64,000 bases of DNA from Neisseriaceae bacterium (GTDB taxonomy: Bacteria > Pseudomonadota > Gammaproteobacteria > Burkholderiales > UBA11063): contig RXJX01000014.1 in NCBI GenBank assembly GCA_003963245.1, positions 164,894 through 228,893 on the forward strand, written 5' to 3'. Each line of letters opens with the position of its first letter. Within the stretch, counting starts at the first letter, position 1. The notes below the pieces were generated by a model that saw nothing but the letters and a program-made list of their open reading frames with translations, made no database searches and was not told the DNA's origin. The translations under genes were made by a program, and so were the position numbers. Below are positions 59,844 through 64,000 of the stretch, one piece after another.

Positions 59844-62459
59844 ATGCAAAATCAATCAACAGTTAAACACCTCAAAGATTACCAACAACCCAACTATTTC
59901 CCACAAACCATTCAACTTTGCTTTGAAATTTTGGACCAGCAAGTTATTGTAAAAACTGACACGCACTACCGACAAAATCCAGATCAAACAGGTGGAATTT
60001 TAAAACTTGGCGGAAGTGCCAAGCTACTTGAACTAAAAGTCAATGATAAAACTCATCCAGATTATACCTTGGCAAATGATGCATTAATAATTAATAATTT
60101 ACCTACAGAATTCACTCTATCCATCACCACTGAAGTTGATGCTTTTAATAACAAAAGCTGCATGGGATTGTACGCTTCACAAGGAAATTTATTTACTCAA
60201 TGTGAACCAGAAGGCTTTAGAAAAATTACCTATTACCTAGATCGCCCGGATGTGATGGCACTTTTTACCACGACAATTATTGCCAATGCGCAAAATTATC
60301 CGGTACTGCTCTCAAATGGAAATAAGATTACCGAAGAACAATTGCCTGATGGGCGAGCTAAGGTAGTATGGCAAGACCCTTTTAAAAAGCCAAGTTATCT
60401 GTTTGCTTTGGTTGCTGGTAAATTTAGTAAAATTGAGACTAACTATACTACTGCTTCGGGGCGTAAAGTTCTGCTTGAAGTATATAGCGAACCTGAATCA
60501 ATCGATCAATGCCAGCATTGCCTAGATTCACTTGAAAGAGCTATGCGCTGGGATGAACAACGCTTTAACCTAGAATATGATCTTGAACGCTACATGATAG
60601 TTGCCAGTGGTGATTTTAATATGGGTGCCATGGAAAACAAAGGGCTGAATATTTTCAATACAAAATATGTTCTGGCAGAAACAAAAACGGCTACTGACAC
60701 TGACTTCATCAACGTTGAAGCGGTAGTTGGACATGAGTATTTTCACAATTGGACCGGCAATCGGGTTACTTGTCGTGACTGGTTTCAGCTATCCTTAAAA
60801 GAAGGGCTTACCGTTTTTCGGGATCAGGAATTTACCGCAGATTTGCACGCGCGTGACGTTAAACGAATTCAAACAGTTAAAGTCCTCCGGCAAAACCAAT
60901 TTCCCGAAGATGCGTCACCATTAGCACATCCGGTACGTCCGGCATCCTACTTGGAAATTAACAATTTCTACACGGTAACGATCTACGAAAAAGGCGCTGA
61001 AGTTGTACGAATGTATCAAACACTTTTGGGGCGTAGTGGTTTTGAACGGGGAATGAAACTTTATTTTGAACGCCACGATGGCTCTGCAGTAACCTGTGAT
61101 GATTTTTGTCAGGCAATGGCAGATGCAAATAATTTTGATCTTAGTCAATTCATGCTCTGGTATTCTCAAGCTGGTACACCAACTTTAAAAATTAGTGACA
61201 GTTATGATTCTACAAATGAAACTTACACTCTAAATATTGAGCAACATATTCCTGATACCGCAGATATGCAAAATAAGCAAGCAATGCTAATTCCACTTGA
61301 ATTGGGATTAATCAACGCGGATGGACAAGAGTTAGAATTCAGCGTTATTAATGGAGAGGTAATTTACCCAGAAGGCAAAGCTGTTTTACTCGTTCGTAAG
61401 CCAAGCAATCAATTTAAAATTAAAGTAGCTCAAATACCTACTCCATCATTATTACGTGGTTTCTCAGCTCCGGTAATTCTTGATTACGCTTATACTCCTA
61501 TACAATTATTGAATTTAGCGGCGCATGATAGCGACTCATTCAATCGCTGGGAAGCAATGCAAAAACTTTATCAACAAGCCATCATCTCGATATATGAGAA
61601 TCCAGAAACTGTCAACAGCCTAATTTTTACCGAATTAAGCAATGCATTGAGCAAAACATTGCAAGATAATACACTCAATCCAAGCATTCAAAACTTGATT
61701 AGTGGCTTACCTAGCTTTGGCGAACTATGTGCGCAATTAAAATCCGTTGACGTTGCCAAATTAAATCAAGCGATAGTTGTGCTTAAATCTTATCTGGCAG
61801 ATTCGTTAGAGCAACTTTGGTTAGCAACTTATCAGCAAAACCAATGTTCAAGCTATGATTTTAACGATGCAGGTAAACGGGCGCTAAAAAATACAGCTTT
61901 AGTTTATTTGCTAATCAGTAAAAATGCTAGCAAATACCTTGATTTGGTTCAAAAGCAATATCTGGCAGCCGACAATATGACAGACAAGCTTGCAGCGTTG
62001 ATAGCCGTTAACGATACTGATAATAATTTACGGGCTAAATTACTCGCTCAATTTAATGATGAATATCAAAATTATCCACTAGTGATGGATAAATGGTTTA
62101 CACTACAAAGCCAAAGCTCACGCGCTGACACTTTGGAGCAAGTAAAAAAACTAACTGCTCACCCGCAATATGATAATGCTAACCCGAATAAGCTCTATTC
62201 CTTGATTCGTGCTTTTACGGGGAATAGCGTACATTTTAATACTACAGAAGGTTATAAATTTATTGCCTCAGAGATACTTCGAGTTGATAAATTTAATTCT
62301 GGGGTTAGCGCAAGGATCGCACATGGATTTAGTATTTTAACCAGTCTGGCACCGAAATATCAGCAATTGGCAAAACCAATTTTAAGCGATATTCTGGCGA
62401 CAGAAAAACTATCAAACGATGTTTATGAACTAATTTCTAAAACTATAAACCAGTTATAA
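59844..62459 (+). CDS. pepN: Aminopeptidase N
   Basis: GAMEN and HEYFH...E zinc motif. Confidence 0.97.
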   Translation: MQNQSTVKHLKDYQQPNYFPQTIQLCFEILDQQVIVKTDTHYRQNPDQTGGILKLGGSAKLLELKVNDKTHPDYTLANDALIINNLPTEFTLSITTEVDAFNNKSCMGLYASQGNLFTQCEPEGFRKITYYLDRPDVMALFTTTIIANAQNYPVLLSNGNKITEEQLPDGRAKVVWQDPFKKPSYLFALVAGKFSKIETNYTTASGRKVLLEVYSEPESIDQCQHCLDSLERAMRWDEQRFNLEYDLERYMIVASGDFNMGAMENKGLNIFNTKYVLAETKTATDTDFINVEAVVGHEYFHNWTGNRVTCRDWFQLSLKEGLTVFRDQEFTADLHARDVKRIQTVKVLRQNQFPEDASPLAHPVRPASYLEINNFYTVTIYEKGAEVVRMYQTLLGRSGFERGMKLYFERHDGSAVTCDDFCQAMADANNFDLSQFMLWYSQAGTPTLKISDSYDSTNETYTLNIEQHIPDTADMQNKQAMLIPLELGLINADGQELEFSVINGEVIYPEGKAVLLVRKPSNQFKIKVAQIPTPSLLRGFSAPVILDYAYTPIQLLNLAAHDSDSFNRWEAMQKLYQQAIISIYENPETVNSLIFTELSNALSKTLQDNTLNPSIQNLISGLPSFGELCAQLKSVDVAKLNQAIVVLKSYLADSLEQLWLATYQQNQCSSYDFNDAGKRALKNTALVYLLISKNASKYLDLVQKQYLAADNMTDKLAALIAVNDTDNNLRAKLLAQFNDEYQNYPLVMDKWFTLQSQSSRADTLEQVKKLTAHPQYDNANPNKLYSLIRAFTGNSVHFNTTEGYKFIASEILRVDKFNSGVSARIAHGFSILTSLAPKYQQLAKPILSDILATEKLSNDVYELISKTINQL

Positions 62460-62477
62460 TTTAAAGAGGATAATACT

Positions 62478-63128
62478 ATGAAAAAAATTGCAGTTGTTTT
62501 AGCCGGTTGTGGACGGATGGATGGTTCTGAAATTCATGAATCAGTGCTGACATTGTTATCTATTGAGCAAGCTGGCGCAAGCTATCAATGCTTTAGCCCC
62601 GATTTGGCACAGGACCACGTTACTAACCACTTAAATAATGAAACGGTTAACGAAAGTCGCAATATGTTAGTCGAATCAGCACGGATTGCCCGCGGAAATG
62701 TAAAAAAACTTGAAGAGCTAAATAGCAATGATTATGATGCTCTGATTATCCCCGGTGGAAATGGCGTTGCTGCCAATCTATTTACATTAGCACAGGATGG
62801 TGCTAACTATACAGTTAATTCAACACTTAGTCAAATTGCACAAGAGTTTACTGCCGCGGGTAAAGCAGTTGGATTCATTTGTATTGCGCCAGTGATGATT
62901 CCAGCAATTTATAATTTCCCAGTAAATATGACTATTGGCAATGATACCGAAACTGCAGCACTGGTAACTAAACGTGGCGCTATCCATCACCCTCGCAAGG
63001 TTGATGAAATTTGTATTGATGAAAAATACAAGATTGTATCAACTGCTGCATACATGCTAGCAGGAAACATTCTTGAAGCATACACAGGAATTAATAAGTT
63101 AGTGCATAAAGTCATTGAATTAGCCTGA
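62478..63128 (+). CDS. elbB: ElbB (DJ-1/PfpI-type glyoxalase)
   Basis: LAGCGRMDGSEIHES, ESARIARG and CIAP motifs. Confidence 0.92.
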   Translation: MKKIAVVLAGCGRMDGSEIHESVLTLLSIEQAGASYQCFSPDLAQDHVTNHLNNETVNESRNMLVESARIARGNVKKLEELNSNDYDALIIPGGNGVAANLFTLAQDGANYTVNSTLSQIAQEFTAAGKAVGFICIAPVMIPAIYNFPVNMTIGNDTETAALVTKRGAIHHPRKVDEICIDEKYKIVSTAAYMLAGNILEAYTGINKLVHKVIELA

Positions 63129-63141
63129 GTTATTAATTCAA

Positions 63142-64000
63142 ATGTTTGAAAATACTCATTTAAAGCCAAGTAAGTGCGCACTATTGATTTTACTCAGTGG
63201 TGTGCTTGGCGCATGTTCGCAATCCACTGAACCACTTAATTGTAATAACCCAGAGATTGAAGAACAACTTATCCAAGCTACTAAACTTGATAGTTCCATT
63301 CCGTTATATGTAAGCGCAAAAGTCATAGCTATGCAAGACGAGGATTCCCATCAAATGCAAGAGAAAAACCAAGTGCTTAAGTGTAAAACTACTATTCAAT
63401 ATAGTCATAATATATTTCCGGAACAAAACTTTCTGGCTAAATACACCTACGCTATCAACAAAGAGCATCAAGTAATTGCAATAACCCCGATTAGCACTCA
63501 AAATACTTTGGATTTTCAAAACTGGCTTACAAAATTACCCATTGTTACTAGTTCACAAAAGATTACTGTAGGTAATTTAGTCGTCATTCAATCAAATAAT
63601 AGTGCAAAAACAAAAACTCACAACCAAATTCAGCAGCTAGTACTTAATCAACAGTTAATAAATTTACCCCAAGGAAAAATTTTTTCAACAATTACCATTG
63701 ATAAGAACTTTTCCCAAGATGGCAAGGATGTGTTTTTACTCTCAGCATACTATAATGATGCTCGTGATAATGAACTAAATCACAATTACTTTATAACGAT
63801 TGAATCTGCTACCAAATATGTCATAAGTCAAAGCTTTAGCTATCAAGATGGGAGTATGAATCAAGATGAATCAGGTATCGTATTTTCTGGCTATAAACAG
63901 TATCCGTTTTCTGAATCAAATGACTTCCCACTTTATCGCTTGGTATCAGGAAATATCCAAATAAGTCGTCCAGCACATGATCTTAACTATTATCGACAAA
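63142..64000 (+). CDS. Hypothetical lipoprotein (3' end runs off the window)
   Basis: Missing from the ORF track because there is no stop. ATG at 63142 gives MFENTHLKPSKCALLILLSGVLGAC (lipobox); the frame is open to 64000. Confidence 0.75.
   Translation, partial: MFENTHLKPSKCALLILLSGVLGACSQSTEPLNCNNPEIEEQLIQATKLDSSIPLYVSAKVIAMQDEDSHQMQEKNQVLKCKTTIQYSHNIFPEQNFLAKYTYAINKEHQVIAITPISTQNTLDFQNWLTKLPIVTSSQKITVGNLVVIQSNNSAKTKTHNQIQQLVLNQQLINLPQGKIFSTITIDKNFSQDGKDVFLLSAYYNDARDNELNHNYFITIESATKYVISQSFSYQDGSMNQDESGIVFSGYKQYPFSESNDFPLYRLVSGNIQISRPAHDLNYYRQ

Noticed and set aside
1-64000. CRISPR array, rRNA, IS transposase, Neisseria-type DNA uptake sequences
   Set aside because: No regularly spaced repeats, rRNA signatures, DDE/HUH transposase ORFs or GCCGTCTGAA-type repeats were seen on reading.

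Overview
Low-GC betaproteobacterial (Neisseriales-like, inferred from gene content and order) chromosomal window. The housekeeping backbone is nusA(partial)-rimP, ppx, rpiA-ispF-ispD-dnaQ, pilU/pilT, ffh, ribF-ileS-lspA-ispH, icd, aceA-aceB, ybaB, gcvT-H-P, pepN and elbB. The main accessory feature is an 18.46-kb integrative mobilizable element (35664-54126). It is bounded by a perfect 20-bp direct repeat lying in the aceB-ybaB intergenic region rather than in a tRNA. It carries a tyrosine recombinase, a MOBQ relaxase with a recognisable oriT, and a TraD/MobC-like helper. A shufflon-PilV-like pilus-tip adhesin overlaps that helper gene, yet no pilus or T4SS genes are present. Other cargo includes an RHH-protein/zeta-toxin pair, an EcoRII/Dcm-like R-M system followed by a HEPN protein, a WGR-resolvase module, and a hairpin-dense non-coding right end. 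Outside the element are an ABC-ATPase/DUF4276 pair wedged between ispH and ffh, two tandem paralogous DUF1554-like surface lipoproteins, single-base frameshifts seen only in surface/accessory genes, and four ~100-125-bp palindromic intergenic elements. No rRNA, tRNA or CRISPR array was seen. All family assignments are from motif recognition, not database searches.
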